This document shows, in pieces, positions 12,666-25,478 of a stretch of 64,000 nt of DNA. The notes under the pieces were generated by a model. It worked only from the letters and a program-made list of their open reading frames with translations. It made no database searches and was not told where the DNA came from. This DNA comes from Octopus vulgaris (taxonomy: Eukaryota), in assembly GCA_951406725.2 (NCBI GenBank), contig OX597820.1, forward strand, positions 73,718,001-73,782,000, given 5' to 3'. The position numbers and the translations under genes are program-made. The number at the start of each line of letters is the position of its first letter. Position 1 is the stretch's first letter.

Positions 12666-13569
12666 TTGGGTCATACCATAAATAATGCTGTTTTTTCAAC
12701 TGCATGAACTAAAAGTCAGAGAGAGAGAGAGACGGAATAAACTACCTGCATCAATTTGCTATAAAAGCAGGTAGTAATTTTACCTTGTGCTTATTCTTTG
12801 TGCAAGTTTTGAAAAGTGTGGTTTGATTTTACCAGTTATTCTTTCAGTGTTATAATGGAAGTGACAAAGGAGCATATTCGGCATATTTTGCTTTATGGGT
12901 CCAATAAAGACAACAACACAATGGAAAGTGCGAGGAATATTGATACAATATATGGGGATGGGACAACAAGCATAAGCCAGTGTCAACAGTGGTTCCAGAA
13001 ATTCTGAGCTGGAAATTATAGACCAGAAGACGAGCCTCATCCTGAAAATCTGTAGAGATCAACAAGGACGTCCTGAAAACCCTGATGGAACAAAATCCCA
13101 TTGTAACTGTTGAGGAACTAGCAGAGAAGCTTGGATTTGGTCATTCAACCTGTCGTTTAAGTCAGTGCTAGAAGAATAACGACCATCTTTGGTTTCAAAA
13201 CGATAGGTGTTCTTCCATCAGGATAATGCTCGGCCACATACAGTGAGGATGACATTCCAAAGCCTGGAGCAGTTTGAATGTGAAACGATGCTCCACCCAC
13301 CATATTTGCCAGACTTTTATCATCTGATTATCATTTATTTCACAGTCTTCAAAATCATTTGTATGGAAAAAATATGAATTCTGTAGATGAGGTCAGAACC
13401 GTACTGGAGGAGTATTTTTTGTTATTAACAAGTGAATTTTAGAAGAGGGGCCTAGCAATTGTAGAAAATGAAGGAGAGTATATTTTAGATCAAAAAAAGA
13501 ACTTTGTTTACCTTAATTTTGAAAAATAAAAGAAGTCTAAAATACTGCATTATTTATGAGATGAGCCAA
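12666..13569 (+). mobile_element. Internally deleted mariner (Mos1-like, D,D34D type) transposon with transposase pseudogene
   Basis: TA-flanked ~30-bp TIRs (TTGGGTCATACCATAAATAATGC / GCATTATTTATGAGATGAGCCAA). HTH part MEVTKEHIRHILLY...QWFQKF from 12855; catalytic part FHQDNARPH...HPPYLPD...SDYHLF. Has stops and a deletion. Confidence 0.92.
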
Positions 13570-14310
13570 TATTTTGTTTTCAAATGTCTTCTTCTTTTGT
13601 TCCCCTTAGCTTTAGTCATTGGACTGCTGCCATGCTTGAGCACTGCCTTGAATTGTTTTGGTGAACCTACCAATCCCAGTATATTCTAAGTCTGGTACTT
13701 TATCAGTTTCTTTCTCTGAACTGCTATGGGGCATAAACAAACCAATACCAGCTGTCAAGCAGTGTGTGTGAACAAACACAAACACACACACACGACAGGC
13801 TTCCACATAGTTTCCACCAATCAAATCCTCTCACAAAGTGTTTATTGGTCCTGGGCTATAGTAGAAGACACTTGTTCAAGGTTTTGCACAGTAGGACTGA
13901 ACCCAAAACAACATGCTTGCAAAGGGAGTCTCTTAACCGCACAGCCATCCCCCGAAATGCTTTGTCCGTGTTAACTAAAGAATTGTCTAAATTATTTCAA
14001 GTGTAATTTCTCTCCTTTTACCCATTGATAACAAATTGCTGTTAATAAAGAAAGATTTGAAACTCAGTAAATTTAAGAGTTGTGGATTTAGCAAGTAACC
14101 TAACAATTTTTATATTTTATATTTAATTCAATAAACTGATAACCCCCAGTGATAACAAGTAGCTAAATATGAACAAATATATCAAATGCTGAAAAGCTAT
14201 GGAAAGTTAGGTCGATAAACTGAATGAGCTTTGTTAAATTGATGTATTATTTCTGATTATAAACAGAAGTAATTTATAGTAAATATTTTTTTTTTTCTCT
14301 ATTCTGAAAG

Positions 14311-14439
14311 CTTTTGTTCAAGACTATCTGAGAGAAAATGGTTGTTTAAAGTTTATATTGAATATATTCACTTCAAACAGCAGCTCTCAAATAAAAGAGG
14401 CTACAATGTTCTGCTTGGCTTGTGCAATAGATCAAAATG
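14311..14439 (+). CDS. TERB1: TERB1-like exon B (phase 1-1): TFVQDYLRENGCLKFILNIFTSNSSSQIKEATMFCLACAIDQN
   Basis: Poly-T tract with aag acceptor, gtaagt donor, 129 nt open. Matches YFREIGGL...VKEAALYTLGAIAEKN armadillo segment. Confidence 0.88.
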
Positions 14440-15202
14440 GTAAGTTTATATTTCTATACTTCTTGTTTGAGATTTGGTGATGATATTGGACAAAAAAAAA
14501 AAAAAGATTGTTAGAATATATTGTTTCATATTAATCTGTTCATAGAAATTTATTTTAGTCCTCAACAGAAAACTATACACATGATGGTTCAGTAAGAAAT
14601 GTTACAGAGAAAATATGTATTAACATAGGTTAGCTAGTCAGAGAATTTCTGTTCTGTTATTCAAATAAACCACCTACATGGTTACTTGACCTTCTAAAAA
14701 TAGCAGCCATATCGCCTTCAAGCTTCACCCTTCTGTCTTTATACTGGCACTCTGTTGGTTATGACGAGTGTCCCAGTTGATCCAATCAACAGAACAGCCT
14801 GCTCATGAAATTAGCATGCAAGTGGCTTAGCACTGCACAGACACGTATACCCTTAATGTTGTTCTCAGGAAGATTTATTATGACACAGAATGTGACAAAG
14901 TTGGCCCTTTGAAATACAGGTACTACTCAATTCTGCCAGTTGAGTGGACTGGAGCAATGTGAAATGAAGTGTCTTGCCCAAGGACAAAGCATGTTGCTGG
15001 AAATCGAACTCCCAACCTTAGAATCATGAGCTAAATATCCTAGCCATTAAATTACGTGCCTTTATAATGTTTGAATACACTGGATAACTTATTCCTGAAT
15101 ATAATATTCCAAGAAAAATTTTAAGAATGAATTTTGCTTGAATGCCTGTTGGATGAAAAGTTCTGTCACAGATAACCATAATTGTAATATGAAGAGAAAA
15201 TC

Positions 15203-15558
15203 TTTTTTACCCAGCACACGTAAACAAAAGCGGAGTATTGTAGTCGCTTGTCTTTGTCTGTGTGTTTGCAAAATTACTGGAAAATGGCTTAACAGATTTT
15301 CACCAAATTTGACAGAAATACTCATTGGGTGAGTGACTCAAACTCATTAAATTTTGGTTTATCTTCAAAACTGGCAGACGGGTGAATCAGAATGTTTTTT
15401 TTTCCTTTGTTACATATGCATCAACGATAAGCAGGGGAAATAACTCTTGATGTAATTTTGTTGAACTATGAATTTGTCTGAGAATATATTTATTAAATTA
15501 AATTTTATTTTATCCTTCTGTGTGTGCAAGGTATGCATCACCCCTCCAATGCCTTTTT
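15203..15558 (+). mobile_element. Non-autonomous Helentron-type (HINE/DINE-1-like) element
   Basis: T-run ends, subterminal IR TACCCAGCACAC / GTGTGCAAGGTA, GTCT-like microsatellite, GATTTTCACCAAATTT block, short 3' palindrome. Confidence 0.55.
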
Positions 15559-15665
15559 TCATTTAAATGTGTTTTAATTAGTTTATTGTTTTTATTAGTT
15601 GCCTGTCACAAACTGCTATATGTTTTTGTTAGTTATATTTAAAGAGAAATAGAAATATATGTATA

Positions 15666-16042
15666 CTAGCAGTTGCCTGGCATTGCTCGGGTTTGTTTCG
15701 AACCTTTAAAATTGGAATTTTTGAAAAGTAAAAATTGTGCATTATATAGCTTATTATTCTCTTTAAGTGAACATTTTTCTGGTTGAAATACACCGAAAAA
15801 TGGCGACACAGCAGTCAAAAATAGGGATTTTCATAGAAAAAAAAGCACCTTTTTGATGTAAATAATTTTTGGTGTTAGCATGGTCTGATTTGAATTTTTT
15901 CTTCTACGGAAGGAAGAGCAAGCCTTCTATCATACTCTCAATTTTGGTCAACTTGCGCTGCAGGGTCTCGGAGGAGATAGTGTTAGTTGAGAGCTACCAA
16001 ACTTGCCATACACAGACAACTTCAGCTTTATATATAAATAGA
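15666..16042 (-). mobile_element. Non-autonomous Helitron (377 bp)
   Basis: Minus strand A|TCTATTTATATATAAAG 5' end; 3' imperfect hairpin CCCGAGCAATGCCAGG then CTAG|T; no TSD. Confidence 0.75.
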
Positions 16043-16044
16043 TT

Positions 16045-16265
16045 TACTCTTTTACTTGTTTCAGTCATTTGACTGCGGCCATGCTGGAGCACCGCCTTTA
16101 GTCGAGCAAATTGACCCCAGGACTTATTCTTTGTAAGCCTAGTATTTATTCTATTGGTCTCTTTTGCCGAACCGCTAAGTTACGGGGACGTCAACACACC
16201 AGCATCGGTTATCAAGCATTGTTGGGGGGACAAACACAGACATACAAACATATACACACACATAC

Positions 16266-16296
<31 letters not shown>

Positions 16297-16470
16297 TATA
16301 CGATGGGCTTCTTTCAGTTTCCATCTACCAGATCCACTCAGAAGGTTTTGTAGAAGACACTTACCCAAGGTGCCATGCATTGGGAATAAACCTGGAACCT
16401 TGTGGTTGGCAAGCAAGCTACTTAACACACAGCCATGTGGTTGGTAAGCAAGCAACTTACCACAACCACT
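16045..16470 (-). mobile_element. tRNA-derived CORE-SINE (octopus OR-like family)
   Basis: Reverse complement of the copy at 16959-17335. Many more copies occur, e.g. 34218-35195, 37630-38025, 47848-48265, 52040-52425, 63660-64000. Confidence 0.75.
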
Positions 16471-16958
16471 CCTTTTATAAAGATGATAACCAAGAATGCT
16501 CAAATACTGCATTTGATGTGGTGAACATATTTATGGTAAGTCCAATGATTGGTGCATTGTAAAAAATTTGCATCACAACTGTGAAAAGTCCAAGAAAAAG
16601 GGCTAAGTTTCCTAACCACACTAAAATACCAATTGATGACATTGTGAATGTGTTAATTTTGTGCTTAAAAACAATGAACTGACAGATTAAAAGTGAAATG
16701 TAGCAACATAGCCAGTGCAACCAGTAAACCCAGCACTTGCAAATAACCAGAAAATCTAGTGCTGACGAGAGCTGAGTATGGCTGTTAAATAACTTGAAAC
16801 TCTTTCAAATTCATGTTATTTCTAAATCCAAACATTATTTCAGGTATTTTGAATTAGAAACAGTAAAGACTCAAGGATGAATTGTTACATAGCTTTCAAA
16901 AAACATCAAATTCTAGAGAGAATTTACAGTTTCAGAAACAAATTTTTTAAAAATTTGA

Positions 16959-17335
16959 GGCGTGGGAGTGGCTGTGTTGTAAGTAGCTTGCTTACCAACC
17001 ACATGGTTCCAGGTTCAGTCCCACTGTGTGGCACCTTGGGCAAGTGTCTTCTACTAAAGCCTCGGGCCAACCAAAGCCTTGTGAGTGGATTTGGTAGATG
17101 GAAACGGAAAGAAGCCCATCATATATATATGCGTGCGTATATGTTTATGTGTCTGTGTTTGTTGCCCCAACATTGCTTGACAACCGATGCTGGTATGTTT
17201 ACGTCCCCGTAACTTAGCAGTTCGACCGATAGAATAAGTACTAGGCTTACAAAGAATAAGTCCTGGGGTCGATTTGCTTGACTAAAGGCGGTGCTCCAGC
17301 ATGGCCACAGTCAAATGACTGAAGCGAGTAAATGA
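16959..17335 (+). mobile_element. tRNA-derived CORE-SINE (octopus OR-like family), full length
   Basis: A box TGGCTGTGTTG, B box GGTTCAGTCCC, core GCACCTTGGGCAAGTGTCTT, central AT/GT microsatellite, tail CCAGCATGGCCACAGTC. Confidence 0.8.
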
Positions 17336-19747
17336 GTAAGTGAAATAAATTCAACTTTAATTTCATTGTCATGGTGTCACATAAACAGCACTTGTGCTGG
17401 TCCCACATATAGAGCACCTATGCTGGTGCCACATATAAAGCACTGGTGCTGGTGTTTCATAAAAAGCATTCAGTACACCCTGCAAAGTGGTTGGTGTTAG
17501 GAAGGGGATCCCACTTTAGAAAACATGCCAAACCAGACAAGTGGAGCCTGGTGCAGCTCTCCAGCTTTCCAGCTCCTGTCAAACCATTCAACCCGGACAT
17601 TAAATGATGATGATGGATTTTATGATTCAAAGGTCTGTGTACTGTGAACCATAATAAGAATAGACTAGACAGGCTGTTTTACAGGATGAAAACTTTTCTC
17701 ACCCTGTATTATCTTACATTAAGAGTTAGATCTCTCCTTGACAGGCTGCCTTCACTCAAGCTGATTTACAATGAATAAATAAATAAATATTACATAAAAT
17801 CAAAGAGAAAGTATTTACAATAGATAAAGAGATAAATAAATAGATAGACCTGGTGCCAACAGGAAATTACCCAAACAAGAGCTGAATTAAAAATGATTAG
17901 TAATGGCATATCATCTTAATAAAAATAATATTTTAGAAAGATATCTTATTTATGTCAATCAAAAATTTCCTAGTTTTTCTGAACTGAAATATTATCGCTA
18001 ATAAAAAATCATATCTAATAAAAGTCTATGAAATAAAGTAATAAATTTTTGTAAAAAATGTTCTACTTAACAAATATTGATTTCAGATATTACGAAAGAA
18101 ACTATCGGGACATTACTTCCTTCACTGCTGCCATTGATCAGATGTCTAAATTTTTCTTTCCTTAATAGCACTTGGTTTTTTTTTTCCTGTTTTTTATTAA
18201 CGTGTAGTTCCAGAGAAAATCTAACAACTTATAATTGCCTCCCTGGAGGCAGAATAGTAAGATAATAAAATATTTAAAAGTCTTAATACAAGAGACAAGA
18301 TAGATATTTACTTATAGGATTATAATTTCACCTCTAGAAATGAACATTTTTTTTTTTAGTATATAGATTTACACATCATTATCATTTAACATACATGTTC
18401 TATGCTGGCATGGGTCGGACAGTTTTATAGGAACTGATGTGTCCAAAGACTGCATTGTGTAACAGTGTCTGTATTGGCAGGGTTTCTACAGTTGGATATC
18501 CTTCTTAATGCCAACCACTATACAAGTAAACGAGGTGCTTTTTCATGCCACTGGCACTAGCGAGGTCATCATGCAGCTTACAAGATTATGAAACCCAAGG
18601 CAACTGGGGGTGGGTTTATGCTAAGAAATGAGGGATTAAGGCATAAGATTGTGATCATGGTCTTCAGGTGCCTTATTTCTGGATTTGTAGGCTATGATTA
18701 ATAATGTTCTCCTCCACGATGCTACTACAAGTAAAAACATTTTTTTTCTTCCTTTTGTCACCCTCAGATGAAGGACAAGACCTGAAATGTCAGACCCTAT
18801 ATTTATCACTGCTCATGGGTTTTAACTATCATAAATTTTATTATATGGTAAATGATATTCATGCATTTCACAATAAGAGATGGGAGATGAAACAGTCACT
18901 AAGCCTTGTAGTAAAATATCTACAGAAAGAAATCTTACTAGTCAATAGACTAGCAAGCTTGCTTGCTTGCTATAATATTGCACTGGGGAATCATTTACAG
19001 AATTGATTTGTTTCTTGCAGCATGTTGCATGACCACAACAGATGATGACTAATCAATGAACTTCATTAATCCTTTCAAATGTAGAATACGAAACTTTGTT
19101 TAAATTCAATCCTTAATTATTTCGGAAACATGCAAACTTAAACCATAAAATATATAATCATGCAACTAATCTCTCCCCACCTCCCTAAAATTGCTGGCCT
19201 TGTGCCAAAATTTAAAGCCATTATTATTACTATTATTATCTTAATGCTATTTATTGTGATAGGACAAATAGATGGTAACATGCTCAGCAGTAATTAATTT
19301 TGTTGATTAATGACCAAGTTCAAATCCCGCCAGTCAGCTTTGGTATTGCATTTTATCCCACTGTTTGTCTGCAGGAAATATTTACCATGTCCACTCCGTA
19401 ATGTGATTAGCATTAGGAAAGGCATTCAGCCATAGAAACCATGCCAAAATATGAATGGAACCTGGGCAGCTCCTTTCAAACCAGCCAACTCATGCCAGCA
19501 TGGAAAATGGACGTTAAATGATGATGTTGATTCAGTTCATCAGATTGCAGCTGCTCCAACACATCATCTGTGTATGTGTAGGTACAAATTATGTTATGCA
19601 ATAACAGTTTATATAGGGTTAAGGGGTCACCAATTGATTGAGATACATCACTAGCCAAGCAGCACTGAGCAACAACAGCATTAATACTTTTTGCTTAGTA
19701 TAGAGGAGATTTCATTTTACTTCTAATAAACTTTGTCCAGGAAATAT

Positions 19748-20225
19748 CACCATCATCGTCGTTTAACGTCCGCTTTCCATGTTGGCATGGGTTGGACAGT
19801 TTGTCTGAGGACTGGTAAGCCAGAAGGCTCCAATCTGATCTGGCAAAATTTCTACAGCTGGATGCCCTTCCTAACGCCAACCACTCTGAGAGTGTAGTGG
19901 GTGCTTTTATGTGCCACCAGCACGAGGGCCAGTCAGGCAGTTTTGGCAATAACCACACTCAAAAGATGTTTTTTATGTGCTACCTGTATGGGAGCCAGTC
20001 TGGTGGCATTGGCAACGACCATGCTCGAATGTTGTTTTTCACATGCCACCAGCACATGTACCAGTAAAGCAACACTGGCAATGATCATGCTTGAATGGTG
20101 CTTTTTATGTGCCACTGGTATGGGAGCCAACCAGTGGCCCTGGCAACAATCATGCTCAGATGGTGCTTTTAACGTTCCACTGGCACGAGTGCCAATCAGG
20201 TGGTACTGTCATTGGCCACGTCAGT
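19748..20225 (-). mobile_element. RTE-LINE 3' UTR copy with the same ~65-bp array as 6119-6610
   Basis: Same terminal blocks and same ordered unit variants. Confidence 0.8.
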
Positions 20226-22048
20226 GAAATATATTAGATTAAATAAAAGTCTTTAGGAGTTCTTGCAAAATTTGAGTGTTGAAGTATTCCAAATAGACAT
20301 AAATTTAGTTCTCTATTCCTAGTTTAAACTCTTTGGAATGAATTCAAAATCCATTTGTTACTTAATAGCAAATTGACGAATAATTAAGTGAAATTTATCA
20401 AGAAATTCTAAACCCAAATTGGGATTCATTTACTCCAAGGTTTCAAGTAAACATAAATAATTACTTGAACTTTCAGTGATGGGAAATTTAACCAATGCCA
20501 GCATGGAAAATTGATGGTAAATGATTGTAGCATTCTGTCAGTTACGACGACGGGGGTTCCAGTTGATCTGATCAATGGAACAGCCTGCTCGTGAAATTAA
20601 CGTGCAAGTGGCTGAGCACTCCATAGACACATGTACCCTTAATGTAGTTGTCGGGGAGATTCAGCGTTAATGATAATAGGAATGTAGGAAAAATTTCAAG
20701 ATAGAGAAGAGCTTTGATTTAAATCAAACCTTCTTACATTACAGCTTAAAATGTTTTATCAATATGGTCAATTAGATGAGACCTTTACAAAGATAAATAA
20801 CTATAAAGCTATCAGACTCAGTTTAATTTAAATGAAATAGAGAAAATAAAATGTCAGTGAGAACTGAATGTATGATAATTCTTAATTGTACTCACACAGA
20901 TCATCACATATTGTAGTCAGTAATCTTCTAGATCAGTGGTTCTCAACCATTTGTTTTACCTAGGGACCCCTTTCATTACTATTTTATTCTCGGGGAATCC
21001 CCTTTCCATGTGATGCATTAAAAACTACATTATTTACATTGGACAGATATGTGTCCTCATCAATGCAGGTGTCCTGGTAGAATTTTGAACCCAACCCTGA
21101 GTTCTCATTCCTAAGGTATTTTTTTGCTGATGTTATTATTTATTCAAGGCAGTGCCTGGAATTGAACTCACAGTCTTGCAGTTAGTAGCCCATGCTGTTA
21201 ACCATTACGTTATATGCCCGTGGGCGATTATAGATCTATAATCACTTGACAACTGATGTCAGTGTGTTTATGTCCTCATAACTTAGCAGTTCTGCAAAAG
21301 AGACCAATAGAATAAGTACTAGGCTTACAAAGAATAAGTACTGGGGAGGGGGTTTCGATTTGTTTGACTAAAGGCAGTGCTCCAGCCTGACTGCAGTCAA
21401 TTGGCTGAAACAAATAAAAGAATAAAAATTACAATGTGATTTACAGAAAGTGACCAATGAACAACTCTCTTTCTGACCCTTCTTCAGTGGACCAAACAAG
21501 ACAGCTTCTACTGGCCAGGCACTGTTGGAGTCATCCAGAGTTGTTCACCAGCAGCTAAAAGAGATCGGGTTATGACAAAAGTGCAAGTTTAGAGGATAAA
21601 ATGAGGAAGATTTATTGATTTATTAATCTTCAACATCATTTACTATCTATTTCTCATGCTGGCATGGGTTGGATGGTTCTAGAAGTGCTGGTGAGCCAAA
21701 GTACTCTGCCAAGCTCCTGTCTTTGATTTGATATGATTTCTATAGCTGATGCTCTTCCAAATGCCTACCACTTTGCAGAATGTACTAGATGCTTTTCACT
21801 TGGCACCAGCATTAATGAGATTACCAAGTAACTCACAAAATAAGACCCCCACAACTGAAAATGTTGTATAGTACTGAGGGAGGTGACCTTATGCCACCTT
21901 CCCCAGCACTACACAAATGAGGTTAAAGTATGATAGAGGAACCAGAATAAGTGTCTTGCTTTTAGGAGAAATACATGCTTACCCCAGCTGGAAAAGAGAA
22001 GACAGTGGTGCAGTTGTGTCCATGTAACTGTCTACCCTAAAGCAATTA

Positions 22049-22210
22049 CCGTATTTTAACGTGTATAAGGAACTCCCTAATTTTAGGGGCTTAAAATTTA
22101 GAAAGAAGGTTTTGTAAGGGATTATAATACTATCCATGTATAAGAAACTCCCATATTTTTTAACCTAATTTTTGACAAAAAAAGGGTTCCTTATACACAT
22201 TAAAATATGG
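22049..22210. mobile_element. pogo/Tigger-like MITE (162 bp)
   Basis: TA|CCGTATTTTAACGTGTATAAGGAAC ... GTTCCTTATACACATTAAAATATGG|TA: ~25-bp TIRs and TA TSD. Confidence 0.85.
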
Positions 22211-22385
22211 TATTTTATGCAAGTATGTGTTTCTTTTGGTTTATGACTGAAAGGAATTACCTTTTTTTGTATTATATTTATTCTAAGTTATTAAATCTAC
22301 TTCCAGAATAACTGTACTGCTCTCTTATACTGTGACATTTACTTATCTTAATGTATTCATTTGCACTTATTTATTTCTTTTGCAG

Positions 22386-22517
22386 TTTCTTCCCAAAAAT
22401 TCATGACTACATCTTTTGTCTTTGAACATTTAAGCAAAATACTGTCATATGACATACATACCAATAACTTACATCATACAGCCACATACTTCATCTCCTG
22501 CATAACAAATAACAATA
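22386..22517 (+). CDS. TERB1: TERB1-like exon C (phase 1-1): VSSQKFMTTSFVFEHLSKILSYDIHTNNLHHTATYFISCITNNN
   Basis: tttctttgcag-type acceptor, gtaagt donor, 132 nt open. Matches VYCQQTLCTSELFEDL...LVSNN. Confidence 0.88.
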
Positions 22518-23332
22518 GTAAGTAGATTATTTCTCACTTCAATTATTATTAGAGTCTTATAAAGTCATTTCATTCTCCATCAAAACATTAATTATTGTTC
22601 AATTTTTAAATGAATTCCAACTCACCCCTTGTAATACTATTTCCCACTTTCAGTTGAGAAGTTTTTGTCTTCTTTGCCTTGCACGGTACTTGGTGACCTT
22701 GTCAGTGATGGTGCCACGTAAAAAGTACTGGTGTTAGTGTTATGTAAAAACACAAGTGTACTCTATAAAGTGGTTGGCATTAAGATGGGCATCCCGCTGT
22801 AAAAACCATGCTAAAAAAATACAAAGGAGCCACTTACAGCTCCCAGTCTTGCCAGCTCCTCTTAAACCATCCAATTCAAGCCAGCAAGGAAAACAAACAT
22901 TAAATGATGATGATATATACAGCTTACAAATATATTTGTCTTTGTTATTCTTGTCTTATTTCTGAACCTGAGAAGGACAGATGAACATACTTTTGAATTA
23001 CTGTTCAATAAACAAAGTCAATCTGTGTCTTATTACAAAGTCAATCTGTGTAATAATAATGATATTAACAAAGTACCACAACTCTTTGCCTCTACACATT
23101 GGGGCTACTTACTCAGTTTGCCCTTTTACTATCATATTTATATGTATTTGCCATGATAGATAGCTAGCCACTACACATTCTTTAGTTTCTCTCCTTGTTT
23201 CTCTCTGTGTTCCTTTCTGTGGAGGAGTGTAGGCTTGAAATGTTAAAGACATTTTCACTTCCTGAGTGTTAAACTAATACATGTTTGTTGTTTACACCTC
23301 CTGTCTTCGTCTTGTTTTTTGGTAAATTCTCC

Positions 23333-23373
<41 letters not shown>

Positions 23374-23374
23374 A

Positions 23375-25478
23375 CTAGCTGAATGACCTGCTGTTGCTTG
23401 GGTTACTACTGTTCTTATTCAGATTAGTAAACAATAAATATAAAGATATATTCTCATAATTATTTCAAAATATCTATATTTTATTAAAAAATATCCAAAT
23501 TGTAATGATAATAGAATTTCAAACTGAAAATCTGTCAATGTTGAAGCATCTCAGGGTAAACAATATTCATTGTGTAACTTTTTGTTGATCTCGAAATGAA
23601 TAAATTGTTGCTGCTTCCAACTCGTGTGCAAACAACATAGAGTTGGCTGTGGGGGAAGCATGTAGTAGAGAGATCAAGTCCAACTACCTTGAGGGATTTC
23701 CCCTGAGATTTGTTAATTGAAATATCAAAACTTAGTTTGACTGGAAACTGAGGCAACTTAAATAGAACACCTGTAGGTATGAGAGGAATTTTCGGAATAA
23801 AGACATTTTCTCCTTTGTGACTACCTGTTATGATTGTTGCCTCTAGGACATGGAGAGCATCTTAGAGATGAACATAATTTCTAGCCCTTAACATTTTTTG
23901 ATTGTTATGAATGTAGAGGAGATGCTGACTCTCAACTTTAGCATGCATTTCAACCAGGTATTGCTGAAATAGGTCACAATACATGTTTAATTGATTTGAT
24001 TGTTCTTGTCTTAAAATCAGTTGGTAAGAATAGAAGTCATTTGATGACACCGTTTTGTTTGTAATTGACTCTCCTGTTGCAGGTTTAATCTGTGGAATAT
24101 TGAAATGATAGCCATCTTGTCCATTCCACTAATTAAGAGGATACTGGAGAGCATCATAAGAGGGACAAGTCTTTGAAACACGTTTAAGGTTGTTATCTTG
24201 AGGATAAATGAGAATATCACGATTTTCATGGGGATCACCTACCATAAGGATGGCTACTTCATTAGATGTAAGCTCATTGAAATGGCGTAAAATGTCCTTT
24301 ACTGTAGTTTACTATAGACATAACGAACGCGGAAACACACACGCACACACTCAGACACATACACATTCATACATATATGTATGTGTAGATGTGTGTGTGT
24401 GTTTAATTGTCTGAGGCCTAACGTATAAAAATTATTACACAGGCTCACACACATACACTCTGACATACATTCACATACATATGCTAAGACGAACACATGC
24501 CGATATACATTCACGCACACCTCAGGCCTATCTCTGTCCCTCTCTGTGTCTCCCTGTCTTTAGGTGCACGTGTGTGTGTGTGTGTGTCAGTCATCACAAA
24601 AATGTATGTATACTGACACACGCACATACACCCTCACATACACTCACACTCATATACTTCTCAGTCATCAGCCTAATGTATGTAAAAAAACGCACACACA
24701 CAACTCACAGGCACACACACTCATATAGAAAATGTGACATAGTAGTGGTGGTATAAAATGCTTTTAGATTGATTATAATGTTAATTTTTTGTGATGCAAA
24801 TATGTAAATGAAAATAAAGTTTATTTGGTAGCTGAAAGATAACTGAATCTTTTGATACCCCATACGTCAAAATCGGCAACTAAGTTTCTGACTGCATAAG
24901 GACACACTAATACACATATGTATATGTATGTGTCGATGTGTGTGTTTAATTGTCTGAGGCTTAACCTATAAAAATTATCTCACACACTACACACACACAT
25001 ACAGTCTCACATACATATACTAAGACAGACACACACAGACATACATTCACTCACATTTCAGGCCTATTTCTGTCCCTCTGTGTGTCTCTCTCTGTCTTTA
25101 GATGTGTGTGTGTGTGTGTCAATCTTTACAGAAATGTATGTATACTGATACACACATACACCCACACACATATACTTCTCAGTCATCGGCCTAACGTATC
25201 TAACAGATACGCACATACTCATATAGAAAATTTGATGTGGTGGTGGTGGTATAAAATGTCATTTACAATAGTAGACCTATAGGAAGACTATAATGTTAAA
25301 TTTTTGTAATGCAAATATGTAAATGAAAATAGAGTTTGTTTAGTAGCCGAAAGATTACTGAATCTTTTGATACTTCATATGTCAAATTTGGTAACTAAGT
25401 TTTTGAATACATAAGGAACATACACACATATACATGTGCGTGCATGCACACACAGACACACAAACTCTGTTTTGTAGA
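23375..25478 (-). mobile_element. Internally deleted Helitron carrying RepHel pseudogene fragments
   Basis: 5' A|TCTACAAAACAGAG, 3' decayed hairpin then CTAG|T. Fragments NEVAILMVGD..SYDALQYPL and FYSYQL..LFQQYLVEMHAKVES (Rep N-terminal region) joined to the Pif1 helicase end FIPKIPL..QFPVKLSFDISINKSQGKSL..QLYVVCTRV. Confidence 0.88.
24290..25420. repeat. Diverged tandem duplication (~500-600-bp units) in the Helitron 5' non-coding region
   Basis: GTTTAATTGTCTGAGGC, GGTGGTATAAAATG, GCAAATATGTAAATGAAAATA and GAATCTTTTGATAC blocks recur at ~540-bp offset. Confidence 0.8.

Noticed and set aside
18761-18800. Hammerhead-like CAGATGA-AGG..CCT-GAAA motif
   Set aside because: Core is mutated and helix I cannot be formed; at most a dead Penelope-type remnant.
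20935-21000. hAT/Charlie-like terminus CAGTGGTTCTCAACC
   Set aside because: No matching second TIR or TSD found.
23210-23320. Second hammerhead/Penelope-like motif (CTGTGGA-GGAG..CTT-GAAA)
   Set aside because: Several core mismatches and no supporting Penelope coding sequence recognised.
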